Both the position numbers and the translations under genes were made by a program. Below are positions 1 to 9,941 of a DNA stretch of 42,999 bases, one piece after another. Each line of letters opens with the position of its first letter. The stretch's first letter is position 1. Origin of the DNA: a virus (taxonomy: Duplodnaviria > Heunggongvirae > Uroviricota > Caudoviricetes); IMG/VR virus record IMGVR_UViG_2703718845_000002, positions 1 to 42,999 of that record; one strand, 5' to 3'. The notes beneath the pieces were generated by a model that saw only the letters and a list, made by a program, of their open reading frames with translations, did not search any database and was not told the origin of the DNA.

Positions 1-288
1 TTAGAGGACAACAGCCCCAGCAAACTCTTCAGCTTGCATAAGTTGCTGCTCAGCCTGTTCTGTCCACGGCTTTGATGATGAAGCGTCCAGAGTTACCGCA
101 TACTCTCCTGCGTTAACTTTCGCCGCATCATTATATCGAACAGATACTGAGGCTTTAACTTGACCTGCATCATCCTGCCTGACGCTTTCTACTGAGTAAA
201 TGAGGTCAATATTGATATCCTTTTCACACAGAAATCCTCCGAGATAATAAATCTGTACAGTTTTTACTGCTGATAATTTAAATGACAT
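1..288 (-). CDS. Hypothetical protein immediately downstream of tail fiber gene
   Basis: ATG at 288 with AAGGA-type SD directly after the tail fiber stop (298..300); stop at 1..3; 95 aa, no recognisable motif. Confidence 0.45.
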   Translation of the reverse strand: MSFKLSAVKTVQIYYLGGFLCEKDINIDLIYSVESVRQDDAGQVKASVSVRYNDAAKVNAGEYAVTLDASSSKPWTEQAEQQLMQAEEFAGAVVL

Positions 289-297
289 AATGATTCC

Positions 298-2859
298 TTA
301 CGCAGGTAAGTAGTATTTTTCGCCATAAATAAGCTTGCACAGACTGAATGCCGCTGCATCTGCGCCAGCCTTGTAACTGACGGTATAGCCGAGGTCATTC
401 GGGTGGTTGAAATTAGGTGAGTTGAAAAGGGCTGACCATCCGTGTACCTCCACTCCCTGTTTGAACCAGGGGATTTCAGCTTCCAGTACAAATGCGGATT
501 TCTTCCGTGCTGTGGCTCGCGCCATGCTGTTATAGAGGCCAAACCGCACATCACCAACAACTTCAATACCACTCCCTGACCAGTCGGACTCCACAAATGA
601 CCGTGACGGTGGAGGATCGAGTACTTCCTCAATAATGCTGTCCAGATTAATTTGCTGAATAGTGGTATAAATCAGGCCAGAGACCGGAATATTTTCTGCC
701 ACAGTAATAGTGTTACGATCCGCAGAAATGCCGGTAATTGTGTAGTCGCCTGCATTGCTGCCGCCCACCCTCAATTTATGGCCAATTCGCAGAACCTGAC
801 CGCCCCAGCTGGTCGCTGCATTTCCTGTATCGTATGAGAACGCGGTGCTATGGATAGTATTGCTGGAAGAATCAAATGTGAAGTTGCCCGTAACATTGAA
901 AGTCCTCACAGGCCAGACAACATTCAGATCGCCAAGCGTGATGTTATTAACATTAGTGCTTTCCACATTATTATGGGGAGTTGTACAAACAATCACGATT
1001 GCGCCTTTTGCCGTGCACATATCAATTATGTTCTCAAGCTCTCCCTGCTGTTTCGGAAAGGTTCTTCCCCTGTTAAAGTTTCCTGGCGGGGCATCATTCA
1101 TACCCCCTACAATCAGAACGAAATCAGGCCAGTCGTCAGAGTTGGCACTGGTAAAATAGGGGGAGTTTTGTAGCTGTGCGGGAAACTGCTGTAATGCCTG
1201 ACCAATTATGCACTGATTGTCGTCGATAAACTCAAATTCCCCATACGGCGATAAGTATTTTTTCATCGCCTCAATAAATAGCGTATTCGGTGCAAAAGGC
1301 GCCCCCGGACCCCCGCCATCTGTTGACCCCGCGCCTAATCCTACCGACGAACCCGTTGATGTGAAGATAAGTCGTTTTTTTGTGACAGTTCTTACACCAT
1401 TGCTAAACGAAATTTTACCGAATGGCGAAGTATAAGCCGCTGTACCATCACCAATGAGTTTTATACGGAGCTTATCGTAGGGATCGGTAATGGCGCTTTG
1501 CAGGGTGGTGACATCACTTTTCAGGTTCAGAATGTCTGTGGTCGGATCGCCTGAGAGCAAAAGTTTGAAATTGTTAACGGGAGAACCACGATACTGAACC
1601 GTAACAGGTTTCGCTGCCTGCAGTTCGCCGCCAGTAAGCGCTGTGTTCGCCCCTTTGAATAAGTTACGCGTGACTGTGTTACCGTACATGTCGGTGATGA
1701 CAAGAGTCATAGCACCTGTATTTGCAGCAACCGGCTCAAAAGTAAGCTGAGTTCCATCTCCAAGTAACCCGGGAATTGTTAATGCTACTGAGTTAGGACT
1801 GGTAGCATCGCTGGTAACAGTTGCCTTTGAATAACCATTAAGTACACGGCTTCTGTCAGCCGGGTAGGTCAGCATCCGAAAATCTGCTGATGCAAAATTG
1901 AATTTAACGAGATACGTATATCCGGCTATCAAATCGCCCGCAGCGACGCTGGTCCCGTTATTTTGCTTAATCTGCCTTGCCGTGCCACCATTAACGGAAA
2001 GAGTTGGCGTGCGGGTTGTATTAGTGGCGCTTGGCGTAAAAAGAAAGACACGATCAGACGCAACAATTCCAGGAATTGCAGATGCGGTACCGGAATAGGC
2101 ATCTCCAGTACTAGCAACGCCAGACAATAACGCTACGCTATTTAATTCAAGCGTGGAAATTCTTGACGCAAGTTCAGCAGCTACTGGGCCGGATGCCACA
2201 AGGACAAAATTGTTAGCAGTCCCAGTGCGGAATTCCATCAGTGCGGGCTGATTGAGAAGCAACTCATTCCCAACTAAAGCTGCATTATTTTGTTTCTGTA
2301 TTGCCCGAGTAACCGAGTTCCCCCTGGCATCTGTCACGGTAACGCTAACAGCCGCCGTATTCAAAATAGGAGACAGGAAATAAATCAAACTGCCATCCAC
2401 TAATAATCCGGGGATAGTGATAGCAATGGTATTAGCCGCACCGCTACTCACAGCTGTAGCAGACTGGTAACCCATTGGCATTGCGGATGGCATTTTTCGT
2501 CCGGTTGGCTGCAACGTTCCGCCAACGTTCATGACCTCGATCGCGAGGGCGCTGTCATCCGGGCTGCGATAATAAGTAGTGCTCCCCTCGGGGATATTCG
2601 CGATATCCGCCTGCGCCGCTGCCAGGGTCATGTACTGCCGGCTGAGAGGGATCAGGTTCTGCCGCGTCTCTTCGACAACTTTATCCCCTTCCACCTTCAT
2701 TCCATCTACGGTGTAGTGCTCACCGCCGAGGCGATCGGTGTAGGTCAGGTCGGGACCGGTGACAACCTTATCCAGCATGGCGCCAGCATAAACTGCGTCC
2801 CGGATATCAGTGCTGGGCACCGGGTTGTCGGTTGGAGTTGGTAACGGTACTTCTGCCAT
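298..2859 (-). CDS. Tail fiber / receptor-binding protein with internal ~85-aa duplication and C-terminal SGNH/GDSL-like hydrolase domain
   Basis: 853 aa ORF, ATG at 2859; two repeated segments (TIPGLLVDGS...TVTDARGNSVTR and TIPGLLGDGT...VITDMYGNTVTR); C-terminal region has GGMND and HPNDLGY motifs consistent with SGNH blocks III and V; last large gene of the tail module. Confidence 0.7.
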   Translation of the reverse strand: MAEVPLPTPTDNPVPSTDIRDAVYAGAMLDKVVTGPDLTYTDRLGGEHYTVDGMKVEGDKVVEETRQNLIPLSRQYMTLAAAQADIANIPEGSTTYYRSPDDSALAIEVMNVGGTLQPTGRKMPSAMPMGYQSATAVSSGAANTIAITIPGLLVDGSLIYFLSPILNTAAVSVTVTDARGNSVTRAIQKQNNAALVGNELLLNQPALMEFRTGTANNFVLVASGPVAAELASRISTLELNSVALLSGVASTGDAYSGTASAIPGIVASDRVFLFTPSATNTTRTPTLSVNGGTARQIKQNNGTSVAAGDLIAGYTYLVKFNFASADFRMLTYPADRSRVLNGYSKATVTSDATSPNSVALTIPGLLGDGTQLTFEPVAANTGAMTLVITDMYGNTVTRNLFKGANTALTGGELQAAKPVTVQYRGSPVNNFKLLLSGDPTTDILNLKSDVTTLQSAITDPYDKLRIKLIGDGTAAYTSPFGKISFSNGVRTVTKKRLIFTSTGSSVGLGAGSTDGGGPGAPFAPNTLFIEAMKKYLSPYGEFEFIDDNQCIIGQALQQFPAQLQNSPYFTSANSDDWPDFVLIVGGMNDAPPGNFNRGRTFPKQQGELENIIDMCTAKGAIVIVCTTPHNNVESTNVNNITLGDLNVVWPVRTFNVTGNFTFDSSSNTIHSTAFSYDTGNAATSWGGQVLRIGHKLRVGGSNAGDYTITGISADRNTITVAENIPVSGLIYTTIQQINLDSIIEEVLDPPPSRSFVESDWSGSGIEVVGDVRFGLYNSMARATARKKSAFVLEAEIPWFKQGVEVHGWSALFNSPNFNHPNDLGYTVSYKAGADAAAFSLCKLIYGEKYYLPA

Positions 2860-2945
2860 TGTGCATGTCGCCCTATAAAAGGCGCACGAAGCCCTCAGAA
2901 ATTAACCTGATGGTGTGCGCGAAGGTTGGTAATTACTGCTGTGTG

Positions 2946-5417
2946 TTACGGATAAATCGAGTCCGAATACTCTGTAAGGGAAAGAGTTTGAGTATCGTCA
3001 CCATTTGGCTTGGCGCTATCGACGCGCCAGATTGTGGAGTTCAGTTCCGAGTCGGTAGCGATGAAATACCGGCTTGGGTTTTGTACCGTGCTGCGGTCAT
3101 AAATATTCAGATCGAATGTGTCGGCTGCAGCCTGAAATGCTTTTGGCTTGCCGCTTACCGGATAAGCTCGCCAGCGCCCGCGGTAATTGCCGAGGCTGTC
3201 GGTCATCACTACCCACATATCGCCGAGTGAAAAGTCGATACGCTCTGACGTCGAGAACACATCCCCGGAGCGTCCGGTGATGTATCCAGTCTGCTGCGCG
3301 TTGTCGTACATGTCCGGACACTGAACCACCGTACCGCGCACCACCTGCGTCGACTCCAGCACTTTCACTGTCATGGTCAGGCGTGAGTAGAGGATTTTCC
3401 TCGCCTCAAGCCAGGCCCGATCGGTTGCCTGATTGGCGTTGCGGCAGCCGTCCAGGCTGATCTGCATCGCGTTAACAGTAGCGTCGGAAACTTCACTTAT
3501 TCCGGAGGTGCCCACGTTTAGGTATATGTAGGTCTTTTTGTTAGTTGAAGGGTCGACGTAGTCGAGCGTCACGCCGTCATACCCACCAGGTAAAGACATT
3601 TTCCATGACAACTTGTAATCTTCCCAGAACATATTCGAACGGGCGAAAACCGCATCTGGGTTAGAAACCCTTTCATCACGCCAGAATGTAAGAACATCAC
3701 CGATCCAGTTAAAACTAACGCGAGCTACGTTACAGATAGTCTGTATTCGCTCACCTAGCGGCTGATTTTCATCGGAAAATGTCCAGTCAAAATAACCAAG
3801 CTGAGCATCTGGCAGCGAGTCTTTAATGGCGTAAAGCGAAGGTAAATCAAGCCTGGATGGATCCTGTTTGCCAATGATCACCCACTCATGTAGTACGGCG
3901 TCAGCAAATGACCTGCTGGGCCGCAATGCAAAGTCAATGCCGCTTGACGTCCATGATATGACCTTCCTCTGCACCAGACAGTTATATTTACGATCTGACG
4001 CTACAGTCTGTGTTTCCGTCTGTCTGACAGTGACCCTGACAATTGTGTCATCGGTATATACTACGTTTTTACGGATGGTTACAGCATGCGCGCCGGACAA
4101 ATACAGTACTGAGTTGCTGGCCGAGTTATTGGTTCGCTCAGCTCTAAAGGCATAACGTCCAAAACCCGCCACAGGTGTTATTTTGTATGTCCGGTAAATG
4201 TAATCCTGATTGCCTCCATCGTTGTGCACGTTTACATCAATGCTCTCTTCGGTACCGGGTATCTGGTTGTTATCGGTGTCGACCTGCCACCATGTGATAC
4301 GGGCAGGCCCGTCATATCCGCCAGCTTCATTCGCGTAGAGGTGCACCCAAAGCTGATCACCAGGGAGCGCCGCAAAAAATGGCCCAACCGCAATAGTCGA
4401 ATACTGAGTCAGCGTGAAAAGAGTGCTGTTTACCGTGGCGTCTGCTGGCAATCCCTCAAAGTCTGGACCAGACAAATAGTTAAACCAAAACTCATAGAAT
4501 TGTTGCGGATCGATAAGTGTCCCATCATCTGATAGCGCAGAGTTAAACAAACTAGCAGATACATTGATGTTTTTTGTTACCAGCCCACTGGCTGTATTAT
4601 ATGACACATTTACAGTGATAGTGACCGAAAATGGTTTTGGAGAGTCATAGAAAACATCAAACTCATTTTGTTTTTCAATTTTTGCATAAAACTGGCCTCC
4701 AGCGAAACTACCAGCCAGCAAATTATTCGTCGTGGCTTGATTAACGATATTTGATGTCTGCTCGTTGGTGCCAGGAAGCTCCTGCCCATCAACATCGTCA
4801 AAGGCATATCCCTGAATAATCTCTGGGATTACCGTGCCTGGATGATAAACTTCATAGCTGGCGCCGGCCATAGCTACCAGAGAAGATTCGGAATAACGTA
4901 CTGATGAAATATTGTAGTGTCCATAGCCTATCTCCATCCACTCTGTAACCATTTTATTATTACTGATGTATTCAAACATCGATTCCTGTATGAGGTCTGG
5001 ATAGGCTCGTACTTGACCATAAATATTCGGTCTCCCTTTATATAGACGGGCCCGGTTAGTCTGCTGGGTGACATCATTGTTAGGCGACTCACCAGTTGCA
5101 ACAGAAACGCCTCCGGATTTTGGTGCAAGACCGAGCAATTTCATTGCGCCAGAGAGAATTTTTGTGACCGGTCGTAATATGGTGTTGATCAGTTTCCCTA
5201 CCCCACCCTCTGGCTGATCGAATATAAGGACTACATCATTTCTGCACAGCGGATAAGTTATCTCGAAGTCGTCATCAAGTTCTCTGCCGTTAAGCTTAAC
5301 TACCACATCATTGTGCAAATTCAGAGAATCAAGTAACTCAGCTAGCGGCGTTCCTTCCTCCGCAACTCCACGCTGCTTTGGCGCGCCAGGAAGGCGCTGT
5401 AATTCATATCGAACCAT
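2946..5417 (-). CDS. Central tail fiber / host specificity protein (lambda J-like position)
   Basis: Large ORF after the K-like gene; track start at 5495 is GTG, in-frame ATG at 5417 has a GGAG SD and overlaps the upstream stop (5404..5406). Confidence 0.7.
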   Translation of the reverse strand: MVRYELQRLPGAPKQRGVAEEGTPLAELLDSLNLHNDVVVKLNGRELDDDFEITYPLCRNDVVLIFDQPEGGVGKLINTILRPVTKILSGAMKLLGLAPKSGGVSVATGESPNNDVTQQTNRARLYKGRPNIYGQVRAYPDLIQESMFEYISNNKMVTEWMEIGYGHYNISSVRYSESSLVAMAGASYEVYHPGTVIPEIIQGYAFDDVDGQELPGTNEQTSNIVNQATTNNLLAGSFAGGQFYAKIEKQNEFDVFYDSPKPFSVTITVNVSYNTASGLVTKNINVSASLFNSALSDDGTLIDPQQFYEFWFNYLSGPDFEGLPADATVNSTLFTLTQYSTIAVGPFFAALPGDQLWVHLYANEAGGYDGPARITWWQVDTDNNQIPGTEESIDVNVHNDGGNQDYIYRTYKITPVAGFGRYAFRAERTNNSASNSVLYLSGAHAVTIRKNVVYTDDTIVRVTVRQTETQTVASDRKYNCLVQRKVISWTSSGIDFALRPSRSFADAVLHEWVIIGKQDPSRLDLPSLYAIKDSLPDAQLGYFDWTFSDENQPLGERIQTICNVARVSFNWIGDVLTFWRDERVSNPDAVFARSNMFWEDYKLSWKMSLPGGYDGVTLDYVDPSTNKKTYIYLNVGTSGISEVSDATVNAMQISLDGCRNANQATDRAWLEARKILYSRLTMTVKVLESTQVVRGTVVQCPDMYDNAQQTGYITGRSGDVFSTSERIDFSLGDMWVVMTDSLGNYRGRWRAYPVSGKPKAFQAAADTFDLNIYDRSTVQNPSRYFIATDSELNSTIWRVDSAKPNGDDTQTLSLTEYSDSIYP

Positions 5418-5799
5418 GCACCATATACTCCACGCGGCTGTATACTTTAAGAAGCGCCAGCGGGTTGTCGCTGCGCACGAAACCAAACTCCCCACGGGAA
5501 TGCAGGCACTTAACGGGGCTTGTCATTACGCCAATATGCGCCGGGACTTCACCACGATAGAAAACCGCAATGCAACCCGACACCGCTGCTGGTATCGTTC
5601 GCCAGTGCTCCACCTCCTGCTCATGGCAAGTAATGAAGTCAGCCCCGGCTTCATACGCTGGAATATGGTGTAACTCAAGTCCCAGCACATGCCGGTAATA
5701 CAGAACAACCAGCGCCCAACAATCCATCGATCCAAAACTGCAGGAGCGGTTAGCCCACGGCTTGCCGGTAACAAGCCGGATAAATTCGTCTTGCGTCAT
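5404..5799 (-). CDS. Tail assembly protein, NlpC/P60 peptidase-like (lambda K-like)
   Basis: 131 aa with Cys (SMDCWALV) and His (PAHIGV) in NlpC/P60-like arrangement; ATGA overlap with upstream gene at 5796..5799. Confidence 0.7.
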   Translation of the reverse strand: MTQDEFIRLVTGKPWANRSCSFGSMDCWALVVLYYRHVLGLELHHIPAYEAGADFITCHEQEVEHWRTIPAAVSGCIAVFYRGEVPAHIGVMTSPVKCLHSRGEFGFVRSDNPLALLKVYSRVEYMVHGSI

Positions 5800-6266
5800 G
5801 AAGTTTTCAGTCCGGGATAAAGTTCTGTTGTGTAAATAATCGGGTTGGCGAGCGTCAAAGGGTTGGTGAACCCGGCGTCAACCGTCACATTGTTTGCGTC
5901 AGCAGAGATATCACTCACATACAGCGTCCAGTCTTTCAGTGACGCCGTGTCACCAATCGCATTCCACTGCTGATACAGGCACTTTATCGGCGTCATGCGC
6001 GCCGCCCCGCGCCAGCTTTTCAGTGTCTGCCGGACATGTTCCGTCGCGGCGACAAAAGTGATCGTCATGGATATGACTGCCGTTCCGTCCTGCGCCGGCT
6101 CGGTCACGCTGAACCGCGCAGGCTCGAACGAGTTTCCGCCAAACGTCGCCGGGCGAAACAGGTTATTGACCACCCGGTAATAACCAAACGCAGGGTGATA
6201 AAACTCCACCGTCTGTTTGATGTCGCTTGCCGGCCGCCGCTCCTTCCACTCTCTCAATGTCGGCAT
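5796..6266 (-). CDS. Minor tail protein
   Basis: 156 aa, translationally coupled to neighbours on both sides, located between tape measure and K-like gene. Confidence 0.6.
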   Translation of the reverse strand: MPTLREWKERRPASDIKQTVEFYHPAFGYYRVVNNLFRPATFGGNSFEPARFSVTEPAQDGTAVISMTITFVAATEHVRQTLKSWRGAARMTPIKCLYQQWNAIGDTASLKDWTLYVSDISADANNVTVDAGFTNPLTLANPIIYTTELYPGLKTS

Positions 6267-6757
6267 TAGTCAGCCCTCGGCATAACTTCGGTGATCAGGT
6301 AATCCAGCCAGTATCCGTAGCCAGGCTGGGCCTCAACAATCCAGTCGTCGTAATCTTCAGTAATGTCCTCGATACCATTGCTGATAACCGTTGCGGTCCA
6401 GGTGACAATGTTGCCGTTTTTGCTGGTCTGCACCGGCATGTCGACGAAATGCAGCGTCTGCTGCTGCACGCCCTGCGTATCACCCAGGTCGATCGGCATC
6501 TGGAACCAGTTGCGCCCGCGGTCGCAATATGTTGGCGAGCGAAGCCACGACTTAAACCGCTCGGCCTGGGCAAGCGTGAATATCCACTGCAGCGTCCATG
6601 TCGCTTTAAGGTCCGTAGTGATCGGCGTGATTATCAATGGACCGACTGCCGTCTGCGTCGTCTGCCAGGCTGTATCCTGCGTCATGTTCTGATCGGCACG
6701 CTGGGGCAGTGGCAGGAACGGAGGGTATTGAACTGTTGCCACGTTTCCTCCGGGCAT
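6266..6757 (-). CDS. Minor tail protein
   Basis: 163 aa, ATG at 6757; position between tape measure and distal tail genes; a hairpin plus U-run lies immediately upstream, leaving no room for a normal SD. Confidence 0.55.
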   Translation of the reverse strand: MPGGNVATVQYPPFLPLPQRADQNMTQDTAWQTTQTAVGPLIITPITTDLKATWTLQWIFTLAQAERFKSWLRSPTYCDRGRNWFQMPIDLGDTQGVQQQTLHFVDMPVQTSKNGNIVTWTATVISNGIEDITEDYDDWIVEAQPGYGYWLDYLITEVMPRAD

Positions 6758-6778
6758 AAAAAATGCCGCGGCTGCGGC
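6758..6778 (-). terminator. Intrinsic terminator-like hairpin (minus strand)
   Basis: Minus-strand RNA GCCGC-AGCC-GCGGC followed by A + U6, ending at the ATG of the minor tail gene. Confidence 0.5.
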
Positions 6779-6855
6779 ACTGATCTTTTATCAGGATGTT
6801 ACTAAATGTGTCTCGCTGATACTGTGTATTTTTCACACACAGCAAGAGAGGTCAT

Positions 6856-7119
6856 ATGTCTTACATTCACAGCAGAGAACATGCTGATCATGGCGATGTC
6901 ATCAGCATTCATTGCTCTCATCAAATTAACGTACTGGTTCTGGATGATACCAATTACTCTAAGTATCGTTCGGGGCGGCAATGCACATATTACGGAGGGT
7001 TTTACACTAGATTTCCCGCTAATATAGCTGTTCCTCACTCTGGCTACTGGAATGTCGTGCTGGCCCTTCCTCCCGGCCATCGAGCTAATATCCAGTACTC
7101 AATCAATATCATCCGGTAA
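6856..7119 (+). CDS. Hypothetical protein (AT-rich moron cassette, plus strand)
   Basis: ATG at 6856 preceded by AGAGAGG SD 4 nt upstream; 87 aa; AT-rich; opposite orientation to all flanking tail genes; 3' end overlaps the convergent ORF 7099..7278 by 21 nt. Confidence 0.35.
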   Translation: MSYIHSREHADHGDVISIHCSHQINVLVLDDTNYSKYRSGRQCTYYGGFYTRFPANIAVPHSGYWNVVLALPPGHRANIQYSINIIR

Positions 7120-7278
7120 ATTTAGCTGACCTTTTGCCTGAAATAGGGATTCTTCAAGGGCGGCAATGATCTTCTGCTGTGTGCCGTCCCTTAAATAACC
7201 TACCGACGCCATCCCCTCCTGTTTATCGCTGTCGCGGTACCAGATAACCTCGCCATTAACTTCGATTGCTACTTTCAT
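7099..7278 (-). CDS. Hypothetical small protein (moron cassette)
   Basis: Track ORF 7099..7287 begins with GTG; in-frame ATG at 7278 has a GGGTGA SD and sits just after the terminator U-run; 59 aa (MKVAIEVNGEVIWYRDSDKQ...). Confidence 0.4.
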   Translation of the reverse strand: MKVAIEVNGEVIWYRDSDKQEGMASVGYLRDGTQQKIIAALEESLFQAKGQLNLPDDID

Positions 7279-7292
7279 TATGTTCACCCATT

Positions 7293-7313
7293 AAAAAACC
7301 CGCCGGAGCGGGC
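7293..7313 (-). terminator. Rho-independent terminator downstream of tape measure gene
   Basis: Minus-strand RNA GCCCGC-UCCG-GCGGG followed by U6; near-identical copy of the hairpin at 9942..9962. Confidence 0.7.
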
Positions 7314-7318
7314 TTGGT

Positions 7319-9925
7319 TTAGTAAGTGGCTTGCGCTTTGCGGCTTAGTCCAAATGTCTGCTGCATCTGAGAGGATACCGGGCCGCCTCTTTCCATGTCG
7401 GTGATCAGCAAGTCCACAACTGCACTACCGTCCTGCATGTAGCCGTTGGCACTCTGTAAGGTGGCACCGGTAGACTGGTTGATGACGTTCACCTGCACGC
7501 TAATCCCTCCTCCTGACTGCATATCCTTATTGCTGATGACCTTCCCGTTATCGCCGGGGATCATGTACTGCTTGCCGGTGCTGGCCTGGTAAATCTCTGG
7601 CTTACCTTTCTCGCCTACCTGATACAGGCCGCCGGCTGATACCGGACCGCCGTTGTAGCGTGCGCCGGCAAGCGCAAGCCCGTTAGCCAGTCCCACCGTC
7701 GAACTGATACCAGCTGCAGCCGGGCCAGCGTTAGCACCGAACGAGGCGAGCGATGCCATAGCGGCCGCCGGAGCCCAGGCTGAAGCGGTAGTTGCCGCCA
7801 GTCCGACTGATGTCGCCACCGATGCGGCACCGAGCGTCTGACCGAGAATGTAGTTTTTCAGCGCTTCGACGCCAACCTGGACAATGCTGTTGATCACGCT
7901 GTTCAGGATGGTGTTGCCGAGCGACCGCATTGCCTCCTGCGCTGACATTGTGCCGGTTAGCAGACCGGTGATCGCATTGGAGGCATTCCCGCTAAACGCA
8001 TCCACCGCACTCGTCAGCATGTTATAGCCGAGGCTCTGCTGGCTGAGGATTTCCCATTGAGCTGCGATCCGCTGCTGCTCATATTGCCGGTCAGCGGCAT
8101 TTTTCAGCGCCAAGGCATTCTCATGAGCGAGAACCCCTTGCTGCTCAAACTGCTGAATCAGCGCCAGCTCCTGCGCGTGCTGGTTAGCCAGTTGCTGCAC
8201 CGGGTCAACTTCGCCAAGTGCCTGCTGGGTTGGGTTAACCACCTGCTGCGCGCGTATTTTGGCAAGGTTGGCCTGATGCTGCTGCTCCATCTGCTCAGTG
8301 GCTGCGTTGTATTCCTGCAGATCTATCTTCCCGGCGTTCAGCGCCGCTTTCAGGTTCTGCATGGATTCAGCGTAGGATTTATTCTCAGCCTGTTCCGGAA
8401 TGGCATTAAGCGCCTCTGTTACCCCCTTCGCCGCTGCGGCTGCATCCCATGCGGCTGCTGCGTATTTGCCTGCTTCCTGGATTTGAGCCTGAGTAGCTGA
8501 TTTACCAAGAGACTGCTGCGCACGCAATATCGCCTGCTCACGGCTCAATTCCTGAGTTGAGTCCGCTGCAAGCTCAGACTGCTGGCGAAGGTTTTCGAGT
8601 TTTTGGGCAATAGAATCTGCGGTAGACGCCGACTGTTTCCCGGCTTTGTCGCTTTCCTTCCTCGCCTCCGTAACCCGATAGGTTTCTGCATATTCGTCCT
8701 GCAGCGCTTTTATTCGCTTAGGATCGGTCACCCCAGCATCAGCTGCATCATATTGGGCCTGAAGCCTGGCTCGCGCCTCGCCTTCAAGTTTGGCCAATGC
8801 AAGCCGGCGCTCAGAGTTTTGAACCAGCTTCTTGGTTGCGGCGTCATCGCCTTTGGTCGGAGGCGCTTTAAACTGGTTGCTTCCGGCGTCCTTCTGAGCC
8901 TTTGCTCGAATGTGGGCTATTTCCCCCTCGATCTGCTTCAGCTGCACTGCTGCCTGCGCCCTTCTGGCCTGAAAAACTGAGTCAGTTTCATACCATCTCT
9001 GGCCGTCTTTCAGCTCATTGTTCAGATCCTGCTGGAGCTTGATCAGCTTCGGCATTCTTGAAGAATCGCCGACATTGTTGTTGTAGTAATTGAGGTTATC
9101 CGCGACACTCTGCATCAATCCTGCAAGGGTCGTAGTCAGGCCTATTGCCTGGTTCAGGTCGTTAATGGCATTTTTGAAGGCCACATCGAGGCTGTTCTTG
9201 GCTCGATCAATGCTGACCGGCATTTTATCGAACTCTTCATTGACCGACTGCGACTGACGTTGAATGGCGTTCAGGGCATCCTGAGCCGTCAGTTTTCCTT
9301 CCAGCATTCTCTTGCGAAGATCGCCGATTGATATCCCCAACCCCGCTGCAATCTGGCGCGCAAGTTCAGGCATCTGCTCAAGAATAGAGTTGAACTCTTC
9401 AGCACGGACGATACCGCCAGAAATAGACTGGCCGAACTGCCGCAATGCGTTTGCCATTTCCTCAGTAGAGGACCCACCGATCGTGCCAATTTTTTGCAGT
9501 GTCGATGTCAACCCGAGAATTTGCGAGTTAGTGGCGCCAGTTTCCTTTAACGCTGTCGTTAGTGATTCCCATAACCTCTCAGTTTCTGACAGGCTATTAC
9601 CTGTTTGAGCCGCGATTGCAGACAGTGAGGCAAGTGTTTCTTTGGCCACGTCAATGCTGGGGCTTAGTCTGGCTATCCTCGCCTGGAGCGTAACCATCTC
9701 GTCGCCGATGGCGATAAGCTTCTTCGCTGCATCAATGGTGAAAGCAGCTGCAATGGCAACGCCAACTTTATTTAAAGCACCTTCAAACCGCCCGGCAGAT
9801 CGTGACGATTGCTCAAACTTGGCGTCCATTTGGTCAAGACGCTTATTAACCTGCTGCTGCGCTTGGATCAGGCCGGATACGTTAGCCTCAATGTCATAAT
9901 AAATTTCACCTGCTTTTTCTGCCAT
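7319..9925 (-). CDS. Tail tape measure protein
   Basis: 868 aa, long alpha-helical, A/Q/E-rich protein with Gly-rich C-terminus, between tail chaperone region and minor tail genes; ATG at 9925 with GGAG SD. Confidence 0.9.
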   Translation of the reverse strand: MAEKAGEIYYDIEANVSGLIQAQQQVNKRLDQMDAKFEQSSRSAGRFEGALNKVGVAIAAAFTIDAAKKLIAIGDEMVTLQARIARLSPSIDVAKETLASLSAIAAQTGNSLSETERLWESLTTALKETGATNSQILGLTSTLQKIGTIGGSSTEEMANALRQFGQSISGGIVRAEEFNSILEQMPELARQIAAGLGISIGDLRKRMLEGKLTAQDALNAIQRQSQSVNEEFDKMPVSIDRAKNSLDVAFKNAINDLNQAIGLTTTLAGLMQSVADNLNYYNNNVGDSSRMPKLIKLQQDLNNELKDGQRWYETDSVFQARRAQAAVQLKQIEGEIAHIRAKAQKDAGSNQFKAPPTKGDDAATKKLVQNSERRLALAKLEGEARARLQAQYDAADAGVTDPKRIKALQDEYAETYRVTEARKESDKAGKQSASTADSIAQKLENLRQQSELAADSTQELSREQAILRAQQSLGKSATQAQIQEAGKYAAAAWDAAAAAKGVTEALNAIPEQAENKSYAESMQNLKAALNAGKIDLQEYNAATEQMEQQHQANLAKIRAQQVVNPTQQALGEVDPVQQLANQHAQELALIQQFEQQGVLAHENALALKNAADRQYEQQRIAAQWEILSQQSLGYNMLTSAVDAFSGNASNAITGLLTGTMSAQEAMRSLGNTILNSVINSIVQVGVEALKNYILGQTLGAASVATSVGLAATTASAWAPAAAMASLASFGANAGPAAAGISSTVGLANGLALAGARYNGGPVSAGGLYQVGEKGKPEIYQASTGKQYMIPGDNGKVISNKDMQSGGGISVQVNVINQSTGATLQSANGYMQDGSAVVDLLITDMERGGPVSSQMQQTFGLSRKAQATY

Positions 9926-9941
9926 CGCATACTCCGGGCAT

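Noticed and set aside
2946-5495. Track start at 5495 for the J-like gene
   Set aside because: 5495 is GTG and gives a 78-nt overlap with the upstream gene; the in-frame ATG at 5417 with GGAG SD was preferred.
6806-7027. 73-aa plus-strand hydrophobic ORF with AGGATG SD
   Set aside because: Overlaps the 6856..7119 ORF in another frame; in AT-rich DNA hydrophobic frames arise easily, and the 6856 ORF has the better SD. Not excluded; needs expression data.
6802-7080. 92-aa minus-strand ORF
   Set aside because: No convincing SD and a low-complexity-looking product; overlaps the better-supported plus-strand ORF.
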